Source: an uncultured Bifidobacterium sp.
Lineage (GTDB): Bacteria; Actinomycetota; Acidimicrobiia; Acidimicrobiales; Ilumatobacteraceae
Assembly: GCA_964653385.1 (NCBI GenBank)
Contig: CAZZFB010000001.1
Location: 3,523-67,522 of the forward strand
Reading direction: 5' to 3'
DNA: 64,000 bases
The translations under genes were made by a program, and so were the position numbers. Shown in pieces: positions 17,944 to 26,229 of this stretch (positions within the stretch are counted from its first letter, which is position 1; each line of letters opens with the position of its first letter). The notes below the pieces were generated by a model. The model saw only the letters and a program-made list of their open reading frames with translations, ran no database searches and was not told where the DNA came from.

Positions 17944-19431
17944 ATGACCACACACACCACCGGACAGCCCGTCTCAACCCGCCACATCAGCTACCCCCAG
18001 AAGTTCCGTGCCACCGGCGCCATCCTCGGCGCGGCCATCGGGGACGCCCTCGGGGCCCCGTTCGAGTTCAAGCCCGGCGGCCTGTACTCGTCACACTTCC
18101 CCGGTCCGGTCCTGTCCGGCACCGGCGAGATGATCGGCGGGGGCGGTTTCGGGTGGGCGCCCGGTGAGTTCACGGACGACACACAGATGGCCATGGCCCT
18201 CGCGGAGTCGCTCATCGCCCACGGCGGCCTGGACCTCGACGACCTGTGGGAGCGCTTCCAGGCATGGAAGCACTCGGCCGTCGACGTCGGGATCGTCACG
18301 GGAGTCGTGCTGTCCCAGCCGGTGCGCCACGGCGCGGCCGAGCACGGCCACCACGCCACCGGCGGCCGCAGCGCGAGCAACGGCTGCGTCATGCGCATCG
18401 CGCCCGTGGGCGTGCTCGGGGTGCGTCTCGGTTCGGACGCCACGGTCGCACTCGCGGCCGGCCAGGCCCGCCTCACGCACCACGACCCCGCCGCGGCGGT
18501 CGGCGCTGCGCTCGTGGCCGAGTTGATCCGCCACATCATCGTCACGGGCGAGTTCCGCGGGGTCGCCGAAGCGATCCTCGACGACTTCGCCGCCACCGGC
18601 ACGTTCGACGCCGCCGTAGTGGGCGAGTATCGCGGCTACGTGGCGGACGGCTTCGATCCGCTGTCGCCCGCGATCCCCGGGAACGGGTCCGTGTGGACGA
18701 CCGTGGGCCAGGCACTGTGGGCCGTGCGCAGCACGGACTCGTTCGAGGCCGCGATGCGCGCCGTCATCGACCTCGGCGGGGACACCGACACCGTGGCGGC
18801 CGTGGCAGGTGCCGTCGCGGGCGCACTGTACGGGGCGCAGCGCATCCCCATCCGCTGGACGACCTACGTGCACGGGTACCTGCGCATGCCCGACGGCTCC
18901 CAGCGCGAGTACCGCATGCAGGACCTGATCGATGTCTCGCGCCTGCTGCTGGGCGAAGGGAAGTCGACCATGTCGTACCGTGACGCGCCCGTCGGCCCGC
19001 GCCTGGTGCACAAGGCGGGGGTGCACGCCGCGAACCTGGACGGCGCGGCCACCGCCCCGCGCGACCACGCGGTCGTGTCGCTGTGCATGACGGAGGAGCG
19101 CTTCCTCAACCACGTCAACCGCCGCCAGATCTACATCCGCGACAAGGAGAACCCGCAGAACGACGACCTGTTCTTCGTGGTGCGCGACGCCGTGGAGGCG
19201 ATCGAGGCCTTCCTCGCGGAGGGGCGTGACGTGGTGGTGCACTGCCACGGCGGCCGCAGCCGCACCGGTCTCGTGCTGAAGGCCTGGTACATGGCCCATG
19301 AGGGTGCCTCCCACCGCCAGGCACACGATTGGCTGCGCGGCACGTGGGAGCACTACGAGACGTGGACACAGTCGTTCTGGGATTTCCTGGAGACCGAGTG
19401 GACGGCCCACGTGGGCCGGAAGGGAGCCTGA
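17944..19431 (+). CDS. ADP-ribosylglycohydrolase (ARH) fused to a CX5R dual-specificity/PTP-like phosphatase domain
   Basis: ARH motifs AAIGDALGAPFEF, EFTDDTQMAMALAESL and GGDTDTVAAVAGAVAGALYG in the first ~330 aa. The C-terminal ~130 aa has VVHCHGGRSRTGLV (C-x5-R-T). SD AAGGAG lies 5 nt upstream of ATG 17944. Confidence 0.85.
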   Translation: MTTHTTGQPVSTRHISYPQKFRATGAILGAAIGDALGAPFEFKPGGLYSSHFPGPVLSGTGEMIGGGGFGWAPGEFTDDTQMAMALAESLIAHGGLDLDDLWERFQAWKHSAVDVGIVTGVVLSQPVRHGAAEHGHHATGGRSASNGCVMRIAPVGVLGVRLGSDATVALAAGQARLTHHDPAAAVGAALVAELIRHIIVTGEFRGVAEAILDDFAATGTFDAAVVGEYRGYVADGFDPLSPAIPGNGSVWTTVGQALWAVRSTDSFEAAMRAVIDLGGDTDTVAAVAGAVAGALYGAQRIPIRWTTYVHGYLRMPDGSQREYRMQDLIDVSRLLLGEGKSTMSYRDAPVGPRLVHKAGVHAANLDGAATAPRDHAVVSLCMTEERFLNHVNRRQIYIRDKENPQNDDLFFVVRDAVEAIEAFLAEGRDVVVHCHGGRSRTGLVLKAWYMAHEGASHRQAHDWLRGTWEHYETWTQSFWDFLETEWTAHVGRKGA

Positions 19432-19435
19432 CCCC

Positions 19436-20869
19436 GTGATCGACCTGATGGAGGCCGAGGAGGCTGTGATCGCGCACCTCAACCGCATCGCGTGCATCGA
19501 CCAGGACGTGGACGAGCACGGCGAGGAGGTCCCGCTCTCGTTCCCGCTCACGTTCTTCACCCTGGAGAACGCGGTGGTGTGCCGCGCGACGCTGTACACG
19601 CGCTTCAACGGCGCGGTGGTGCTGCGCATCGACGCCGACGTCACGGAGGCGGACGACTCGGCGTCGCTCCGCCAGTGGGCGCTCGACACGCCAGGCCAGC
19701 TGCCGTACGTGCAGATCCGCTACCAGCGCGACTCCCGCGACGGCACGGCCACGGTCACGGCCACCCACTCCCTCGCGGTGGACCAGCTGAACCGGTTCGT
19801 GCTGGAGCAGGTGGTGTCGTCGTTCGACTTCATAGTCCCGCAGTGGATCGCGAAGGCGGCCCAGATCGAGGCCGTCGCCGAGCTGAACGCCCAGCGCCAG
19901 CGCAAGAAGATCGAGGAGGCCGCGCGCTCCGGGACCGAAGAGGACCACAGCGACGACTCCGACGACCCGTTCGGTGTCGACGAGGACGCTCCCGCACCCG
20001 CCACCACCGTCCACGAGGCCACCGGTGTGGACGCCGTGCTGAAGGAACTGTCCGGTCTGATCGGTCTCGAGCCGGTGAAGAAGCTGGTGCGCGACCTGAC
20101 CGACGTGCAGCGCGTCGCGACGCTCCGCGAGAACGCCGGCCTCAAGCCGCTCCGTCCCTCGCCGCATCTCGTGTTCACCGGCAACCCGGGGACCGGCAAG
20201 ACCACGGTCGCCCGCCTCATCGGACGTCTCTACAAGGAGATGGGGCTCCTGCGCCGCGGCCACGTGGTGGAGACCGGCCGCCAGGGGTTGATCGGCGGCT
20301 ACATCGGGCAGACGGCGATCAAGACCGCCGAGGTGCTGAAGTCCGCCGAGGACGGCGTGCTCTTCATCGACGAGGCGTACTCGCTCGCGGTCGGCCACCA
20401 CCTCGACTACGGCCGCGAGGCCATCGAGACGATCCTCGCGCACATGGAGAACAACCGCGGGCGCATCGCGGTCGTCGTCGCGGGGTACCCCGACAAGATG
20501 AAGGATTTCCTGGTGATGAACCCGGGTCTCGCCAGCCGCTTCGACCACACGCTGAAGTTCCCCGACTTCTCGAACGACGAGCTCGTCGAGGTCTTCGAGA
20601 TGTTCGCCCGCGCGCACGACTACGTGCTCACGCCCGCCGCGCGTGCACACCTGCTGGGGATCGTCTCCGGATGGCCCCGCGGCGCGACATTCGCGAACGC
20701 GCGGGAGGTCCGCAAGCTCTTCAACGACGTGGTGATGAGGCACTCCGCGGCCGTCGTGGCCGGCGGGATGAGCCTGGGGAACGGTCTCGTCGAGATCGAC
20801 ACGTGCCACTTCGCGGATGGCGGCGGCACGTCGTCCGGCGGCGGGGCGCGTCGTTTCGGCTATCTCTGA
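19436..20869 (+). CDS. CbbX/SpoVK/EccA-type AAA+ ATPase with a ~170-aa non-TPR N-terminal domain and acidic linker
   Basis: Walker A GNPGTGKTT, Walker B VLFIDEAYSL, AGYPDKM and GLASRF. GTG 19436 lies 4 nt after the upstream stop (alternative ATG 19448). The N-domain has a mixed alpha/beta pattern that I judge YbjN/secretion-chaperone-like by eye only. Confidence 0.8.
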   Translation: MIDLMEAEEAVIAHLNRIACIDQDVDEHGEEVPLSFPLTFFTLENAVVCRATLYTRFNGAVVLRIDADVTEADDSASLRQWALDTPGQLPYVQIRYQRDSRDGTATVTATHSLAVDQLNRFVLEQVVSSFDFIVPQWIAKAAQIEAVAELNAQRQRKKIEEAARSGTEEDHSDDSDDPFGVDEDAPAPATTVHEATGVDAVLKELSGLIGLEPVKKLVRDLTDVQRVATLRENAGLKPLRPSPHLVFTGNPGTGKTTVARLIGRLYKEMGLLRRGHVVETGRQGLIGGYIGQTAIKTAEVLKSAEDGVLFIDEAYSLAVGHHLDYGREAIETILAHMENNRGRIAVVVAGYPDKMKDFLVMNPGLASRFDHTLKFPDFSNDELVEVFEMFARAHDYVLTPAARAHLLGIVSGWPRGATFANAREVRKLFNDVVMRHSAAVVAGGMSLGNGLVEIDTCHFADGGGTSSGGGARRFGYL

Positions 20870-20927
20870 CATACCCGCGCGGGGCAATGGCCGTCCCGCG
20901 GTGCGCCGCGGAAACTAGGGTCGAGCC

Positions 20928-22688
20928 GTGCGATTCGAGGCGTTGCGGCGGCTGGACGGCCGTCTCCACCCGGACAGCGGCAAGTCCCCCGGCGGCACTG
21001 CGTTCTCCGCCATCCACCGCAGGGCGGCACTCGTCGCGGCACTCGTCGCGGGTCTCGTCTCGTTCTCCGTGGCGTTGCGCCAGTACGGGCCCACCGTGCA
21101 CCCCGACGAGTGGGGATTCCTGCTGAACGGCAGGGTCATCATGGGGCACGCCGAGGCGCAGATCCCCACGGGCAGCTTCTACCCCGCGGGGTTCGGCCTG
21201 GTGACCGGGCCGCTCGCCGAGCTCACCGGCTCGCTCGCGGGCGGGTACCGGGCGACGCTCGTCGTCAACTTCGTGCTGTGCGTCCTGGTGGGCGTCACCG
21301 CGCGGCTCGTGGGTCGGCGCGTGTTCGGGATGGGCGAGAACGCGGCAACCGTGGCCGGGGCCCTCGCCTTCGTGGTCCCGGGCACGATCGTGACGAGCCT
21401 GTTCGCCTGGCCGGAGACCGCGGCCCGTCTCGCGTTCCTCGTGTTCGTGCTCTGGTTCCACCGCATCGCGGGGGAGCGCAGGAGAGGCCCGATGCTCCTG
21501 TTCGGGTTCCTGGTGGGTCTCATGCCCGGCCTGCACGGGAGGTTCACCCTGGTCCTGCCCGTCGTGTGCTGCGTGTTCCTGCTGTGGGGGCTGCGCCGTG
21601 ACATCAGCAGGGTGCTCGCCGTGGGGGCGTGCGCCGTCACCACCGCCGGGTACGCGTGCAGCTACCTGCTGAACAGGTTCGTGAAGAACTCGCTCTACGG
21701 GGCCTCCTACGACCAGGAGAACAGGCTCCTGCGCCGTCTCGTCGACCCCACGCTGTGGCCGGCGCTCCTGCGCACCATGACGGGGCAGTCGTGGTACCTC
21801 GTGGCCACCTCGGGAGGGCTGGTCGCCGTGGCAGTGGCGTACATGGTCGTCCGCGTGCGCTCCGGCGGCGGGCTGCGGACCGTGCGCACGGACCCCTCCC
21901 GCCTGACGTGCCTCGTGATCGTCGTCAACACCGCGCTCCTCGTGTTCACCGGGGGGCTGCAGCTCCTCTTCGGGAACCGCGGAGACCACCTCATCTACGG
22001 CAGGTACGTGGAGATCCTCGTGCCCGTCATCCTCGTGGCCGGGTGCGCGGCGCTCGAGTCCTCGCGCCTGCTCGCGCTGCGGGCATGGTTGCTCGGCGCG
22101 GTCGGCACGCTCGCCGTCGCGCTTCTGTACGTGCTCGTCGACATGGGTGACGGCGTCAAGGGCGGCTGGGCGCGCAACGACATCGTCTTCCCGAACATCG
22201 TCGGCACCGATGCGATGAGGTACCTGGTGCGGCCCGGTCTCGTGACGTTCGGTGCCGCGTTCGCCCTCGCCGGCCTGCTCCTGTGGTGGGCCTACCGGAG
22301 GCACGGAGCGTGGGCACCCGTGCTCATGGTCGCCTTGCTCGCGGTCGGGTCCTCGTGGTCGGCGCAGCGCAGCATCCTCACCCGCACCGACGACCTCGAG
22401 GCCACCGGGGTGAGCGTCGACTACGTGAGGGAGGCCGGCGGAACGCTCATCGGCTTCGACGAGGGAGTGCGCAACGACCGCTCGTACTACTACCTGCGGT
22501 ACCGCCTGCACCCCGTCGCTCTCGTCAGGTTCGACATCTCCTCCCCGGACGCGGTGATCCCGGCCGCGTACTCCTGCCTCTACGGGTTCCCGAACAAGCC
22601 CCCGCGGGGCGGGGAGTGGCGCATCGTCGCCGATGAGATACCCCTCAGACGAGTACTGTGGCAACGGGTCGGGACCGACCGTTGTTGA
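20928..22688 (+). CDS. Polytopic membrane protein, probable GT-C-type glycosyltransferase
   Basis: More than 10 TM helices, acidic motif VHPDEWGF after TM1 and a ~110-aa soluble C-terminus. Immediately upstream of a polyprenol-phosphate GT2 gene. Confidence 0.55.
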   Translation: MRFEALRRLDGRLHPDSGKSPGGTAFSAIHRRAALVAALVAGLVSFSVALRQYGPTVHPDEWGFLLNGRVIMGHAEAQIPTGSFYPAGFGLVTGPLAELTGSLAGGYRATLVVNFVLCVLVGVTARLVGRRVFGMGENAATVAGALAFVVPGTIVTSLFAWPETAARLAFLVFVLWFHRIAGERRRGPMLLFGFLVGLMPGLHGRFTLVLPVVCCVFLLWGLRRDISRVLAVGACAVTTAGYACSYLLNRFVKNSLYGASYDQENRLLRRLVDPTLWPALLRTMTGQSWYLVATSGGLVAVAVAYMVVRVRSGGGLRTVRTDPSRLTCLVIVVNTALLVFTGGLQLLFGNRGDHLIYGRYVEILVPVILVAGCAALESSRLLALRAWLLGAVGTLAVALLYVLVDMGDGVKGGWARNDIVFPNIVGTDAMRYLVRPGLVTFGAAFALAGLLLWWAYRRHGAWAPVLMVALLAVGSSWSAQRSILTRTDDLEATGVSVDYVREAGGTLIGFDEGVRNDRSYYYLRYRLHPVALVRFDISSPDAVIPAAYSCLYGFPNKPPRGGEWRIVADEIPLRRVLWQRVGTDRC

Positions 22689-22707
22689 GGAAAAAGGCGA
22701 ACGAGAC

Positions 22708-23613
22708 ATGACCACCTACGCCCCCGACGAGTGCGACGTCAGCGTCGTCCTGCCCATCTACAACGAGAAGGGCCACCTCAGGGCCGAGATCGACAGGATC
22801 CGCGAGGCTCTTGAGGCCTCCCGCTACTCCTACGAGCTCATCGTGGTGGACGACGGCTCCAACGACGGCTCGGAGGCGGAACTCTCCCGCATAGATGGCA
22901 TCACGCTCATCACCCACCGGCGCAACCAAGGTTCCGGTGCCGCCAGGCGCACCGGCACCACGGCAGCGAGGGGGCGCGTGGTGGTGTGGACGGACGTGGA
23001 CATGACGTACCCGAACGACCTCATCCCCGATCTCGTGGACGCCATGGAGGGCGTGGACCACGTGGTGGGCTGGCGCCAGACGGAGGAGGGCACCCACAAG
23101 CTGCTGCGCACGCCGGCCAAGTGGGTCATCCGCAAGCTGGCGAGCTTCCTCTCCGAGACCGACATCAAGGATCTCAACTCGGGCCTCCGTGCCTTCCGCC
23201 GTGACGTCGCCATGCAGTACGTGCACGAGCTGCCGAAGGGTTTCTCGTGCGTGACCACGCTGACGATGTCGTTCCTCGGCAACGGCTACAGCATCGGGTT
23301 CTTCCCGATCCAGTACTTCCCGCGCGCCGGGCGCAGCAAGTTCCACTGGCTGCGCGACACGCGCCGGTACATCCTGCAGGTCATCAGGATGACGCTGTCC
23401 TACAACCCGCTGAAGGTCTTCCTGCCCGTCGGGCTGGGTCTTCTCGTCATCGGCCTCGTGAAACTGGGCTTCGACTGGGCCGAGCGCGACTTCCGCCTGG
23501 CGGCCAACACCCTCCTCATTTTCTTCGCGGCGCTCCAGGTCATCACGGTCGGCCTTCTCGCGGACCTCGTGGTGCGCGCGACAAAGTCCCCGAACTCGGT
23601 CCCGCCGGCCTGA
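22708..23613 (+). CDS. GT2 glycosyltransferase (polyprenol-phosphate sugar synthase, GtrB/DPM1-like) with two C-terminal TM helices
   Basis: VSVVLPIYNEKGHL, IVVDDGSNDGS and TDVDMTYP (DxD). C-terminal TM helices FLPVGLGLLVIGLV and LIFFAALQVITVGLLADLV. Confidence 0.85.
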   Translation: MTTYAPDECDVSVVLPIYNEKGHLRAEIDRIREALEASRYSYELIVVDDGSNDGSEAELSRIDGITLITHRRNQGSGAARRTGTTAARGRVVVWTDVDMTYPNDLIPDLVDAMEGVDHVVGWRQTEEGTHKLLRTPAKWVIRKLASFLSETDIKDLNSGLRAFRRDVAMQYVHELPKGFSCVTTLTMSFLGNGYSIGFFPIQYFPRAGRSKFHWLRDTRRYILQVIRMTLSYNPLKVFLPVGLGLLVIGLVKLGFDWAERDFRLAANTLLIFFAALQVITVGLLADLVVRATKSPNSVPPA

Positions 23614-23616
23614 CCC

Positions 23617-24849
23617 ATGCGCGTCGCGATCGTGGGTGCCGCGTTGTCGGCGAACAAGGGCGCCGCCGCGATGCTCGAGACGGTCATCGCGCGCCAGCCG
23701 GGCGTGTCGGGGCCGTGCACCTTCGACATCCTCACCACGTACCCGGAGGCCGATGCACCGCTCGTCCCGGCCGGTGCCGACGCGCGCGTGGTGGGGCTGC
23801 AGCCGCTGCGTCTCGCCCTGGTGGAGTTCCCGGTGGCGGTCCTCGCATTCGTGGCGCGGCTCGCGCGGCTCCCGCTCGGCTGGGTGCGCACCCGGGCCTC
23901 ACGCGCCATTCTCGACGCCGACGTGGTTGTGGACGTGGCGGGGATCAGTTTCGCCGACGGCCGCGGCGTGCCCATCACCGTCTACAACGCACTGATGACG
24001 GGCCTGCCGTTGCTCCTCGGCACCCCAACGGTCAAGGCGGCGCAGGCGCTCGGTCCGTTCCGCAACCCGCTGAACCGTCTGCTCGCCCGTCTGGTGCTTC
24101 CGCGTCTCGCCGCTGTGTGCGCACGGGGCGCACGGACGCGCGAGCACCTCGACTCCCTCGGCCTGCGCAACGTCACCGACGTCGCGGATCTCGCGTTCTC
24201 GCTCGACGAGGCTGCCGACCTGCCCGCAGGGGTCGAGTCCGCTGTGGCCGCCGTTCGCGGGGGGTATGCAGTCGTGATGCCGAGCTCGGTCGTGCGGCGG
24301 ATGTTCGAGTCCGCCGGGGGCGACTACGTGGCGGCAGTCGCCGCCGTCGTGCGCGGCGTGCGGGAGCGCACCGGCCTCGGTGTGGTCGTCGCGCCGCACA
24401 GTTACCGCACGGGCCAGCCAGAGGGGCGCATGAACGACGGCCCGGTGTGCCGCGAGGTGTCGGCGGTGCTCGCGGGCGACCCCGGCGTGGTGGGCATCGA
24501 CGCCCCGCTCACCGCCGGCGAGCTGCGCAGGCTCGTGGCCGGGTCTCGCGTGCTCGTCACCTCCCGTTTCCACGCGATGATCTCCGGACTCGCCACGTGC
24601 ACGCCGACCGTCGTCGTGGGCTGGAGCCACAAGTACCGCGAGGTCCTGGACGACTTCGGTCTGGCCGGGCTGGGGATGGACTCGGCGGTACTGGCGGACC
24701 CGGCGACGGTCGTCGACGCGGTCGTTGACTGCGCGGGTCGGCGCGACGAGATCGCGGCGACGATCTCCGCGGCACTCCCTGCCGTGCAGGAGAAGTCGAT
24801 GCGGAATTTCGCGGTCATCCACCGCGCCGCCACGGGGGCCGGCGCATGA
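23617..24849 (+). CDS. Polysaccharide pyruvyl transferase family protein
   Basis: MRVAIVGAALSANKGAAAML and later VTSRFHAMISGLA, with overall WcaK/CsaB-like length. Starts 3 nt after the GT2 stop. Confidence 0.7.
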   Translation: MRVAIVGAALSANKGAAAMLETVIARQPGVSGPCTFDILTTYPEADAPLVPAGADARVVGLQPLRLALVEFPVAVLAFVARLARLPLGWVRTRASRAILDADVVVDVAGISFADGRGVPITVYNALMTGLPLLLGTPTVKAAQALGPFRNPLNRLLARLVLPRLAAVCARGARTREHLDSLGLRNVTDVADLAFSLDEAADLPAGVESAVAAVRGGYAVVMPSSVVRRMFESAGGDYVAAVAAVVRGVRERTGLGVVVAPHSYRTGQPEGRMNDGPVCREVSAVLAGDPGVVGIDAPLTAGELRRLVAGSRVLVTSRFHAMISGLATCTPTVVVGWSHKYREVLDDFGLAGLGMDSAVLADPATVVDAVVDCAGRRDEIAATISAALPAVQEKSMRNFAVIHRAATGAGA

Positions 24850-24865
24850 GCGGGAGGGCGGCACG

Positions 24866-26221
24866 GTGAACGTGTCAACCGACCTCAGCGGGGTCATCTC
24901 GTCGGGCATGTGCATCGGGTGCGGTGCGTGCGAGATGGCCGACGGTTCCGTGCGCGTGTCACTGAACCCGCGCAGCCTCATCTACGAGCCGCAGAGCACC
25001 GGCTCGCAGGCGGCGGCCGATGTGTGCCCCGCGGTGGCGGTGGACTACGCGGGCCTGCAGGAGTACCTCTTCCCCGGGGCCGTGCCGGGCCCGTACGGCG
25101 TCGTGCGCTCGGTGCACCTGGCGCAGAGCACGGACCTCGACCGCAACATGAAGGCGAGCTCGGGGGGCCTCATCAAGGAGGTGCTGCGGTCGCTCCTCTC
25201 CTCGGGAGACATCGACGGCGTCATCGCGCTCGACCACGTGGAGGGGATCGAGTTCGCGGCGCGCCTCGTCACGGACCCCGACGATGTCGACAACCTGCCG
25301 GGCAGCATCTACCACAACCTCTCCCAGGCGCCGGCGCTGCGGCTCCTCCGCGACACGCCCGGTCGCCTCGCCGTCGTGGCGATCCCGTGCCAGCTGGAGG
25401 GCCTGTACTCGTGGGTGCGCCGCTTCGCACCGGAGCTGCGCGAGCGGATCACCGTCACCATCGGGCTGCTGTGCGGCTGGCAGTACTCGCACCACAGCAT
25501 CAACGCCATGGGGGAGTACCTCGGTTACGACCCCGCCGACATCACGGACATCTCGTACCGCGGGGGCGGGCCCGTCGGCAAGCTCACCGTGCGCACCGGC
25601 GACGGCAAGGAGTACTCGGCGAGCCGACGTGTCGACTTCGGCTACCAGGTGGCCTTCGACCGCCACTTCAACACGACGCGCTGCCACGTCTGCGTGAACC
25701 ACGGCAACTTCCTCGCTGACCTGGTCGTCGGCGACGCGTGGCTGCCCAGCACGGTGTTCACGAAGACCGGGATCAGCCTGGTCGTGTGCCGCACCGCCCT
25801 TGCCGAGCAGGTCCTCGCGCGAATCGTCGAGTCCGGGTCGTGCATCGCCACCGAGGTGTCGGACGAGGAGATCCGCGAGTCCCAGACGGACCGTGTCGTC
25901 TTCGGCGAGTTCGCCTATGCGTACGCGGAGCACCTGCGCCGTCTCGGCGGCCACGTCCCCGAGCTCCACGGCCCGAACGAGGGGCACGGCACGCCGAAGC
26001 CCAGGCGCCAGGTGGCCAGGTTCCACCGCGAGCTCGTGCGCAAGCAGGCACTCATGGCCGCGCGCCGGTACAGGTACATGAAGCTGCGCAAGGCCACGCT
26101 GGAGCTGCGCGGGTACGTGATGCGCTACGTGCGCTGGTTCCTCGTGCGCATCCTCCGCGTGAAGAGCATCAGCGGCAAGCGTCGGGAGATCCCGCGGGAG
26201 CGGCTGTCCAGGTTCCGCTGA
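24866..26221 (+). CDS. FrhB/FdhB-like (coenzyme F420 hydrogenase beta-subunit family) iron-sulfur flavoprotein
   Basis: N-terminal cluster motif CIGCGACEMAD, central VAIPCQLEGL and later CHVCVNHGNFLADLVVGDAW. GTG 24866 follows GGGAGGG. Confidence 0.7.
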   Translation: MNVSTDLSGVISSGMCIGCGACEMADGSVRVSLNPRSLIYEPQSTGSQAAADVCPAVAVDYAGLQEYLFPGAVPGPYGVVRSVHLAQSTDLDRNMKASSGGLIKEVLRSLLSSGDIDGVIALDHVEGIEFAARLVTDPDDVDNLPGSIYHNLSQAPALRLLRDTPGRLAVVAIPCQLEGLYSWVRRFAPELRERITVTIGLLCGWQYSHHSINAMGEYLGYDPADITDISYRGGGPVGKLTVRTGDGKEYSASRRVDFGYQVAFDRHFNTTRCHVCVNHGNFLADLVVGDAWLPSTVFTKTGISLVVCRTALAEQVLARIVESGSCIATEVSDEEIRESQTDRVVFGEFAYAYAEHLRRLGGHVPELHGPNEGHGTPKPRRQVARFHRELVRKQALMAARRYRYMKLRKATLELRGYVMRYVRWFLVRILRVKSISGKRREIPRERLSRFR

Positions 26222-26229
26222 GCAGGGCG

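Noticed and set aside
19115-20887. 590-aa minus-strand ORF antisense to the AAA+ ATPase gene
   Set aside because: It is low-complexity, Arg/Gly/Val/Asp-rich. The plus-strand frame carries intact Walker A/B and CbbX-type motifs, so the antisense ORF is treated as an artefact.
20721-22715. 664-aa minus-strand ORF antisense to the GT-C-like membrane protein
   Set aside because: It is hydrophilic, Arg/Pro/Glu/His-rich, with no motifs. The plus-strand product has a coherent multi-TM topology.
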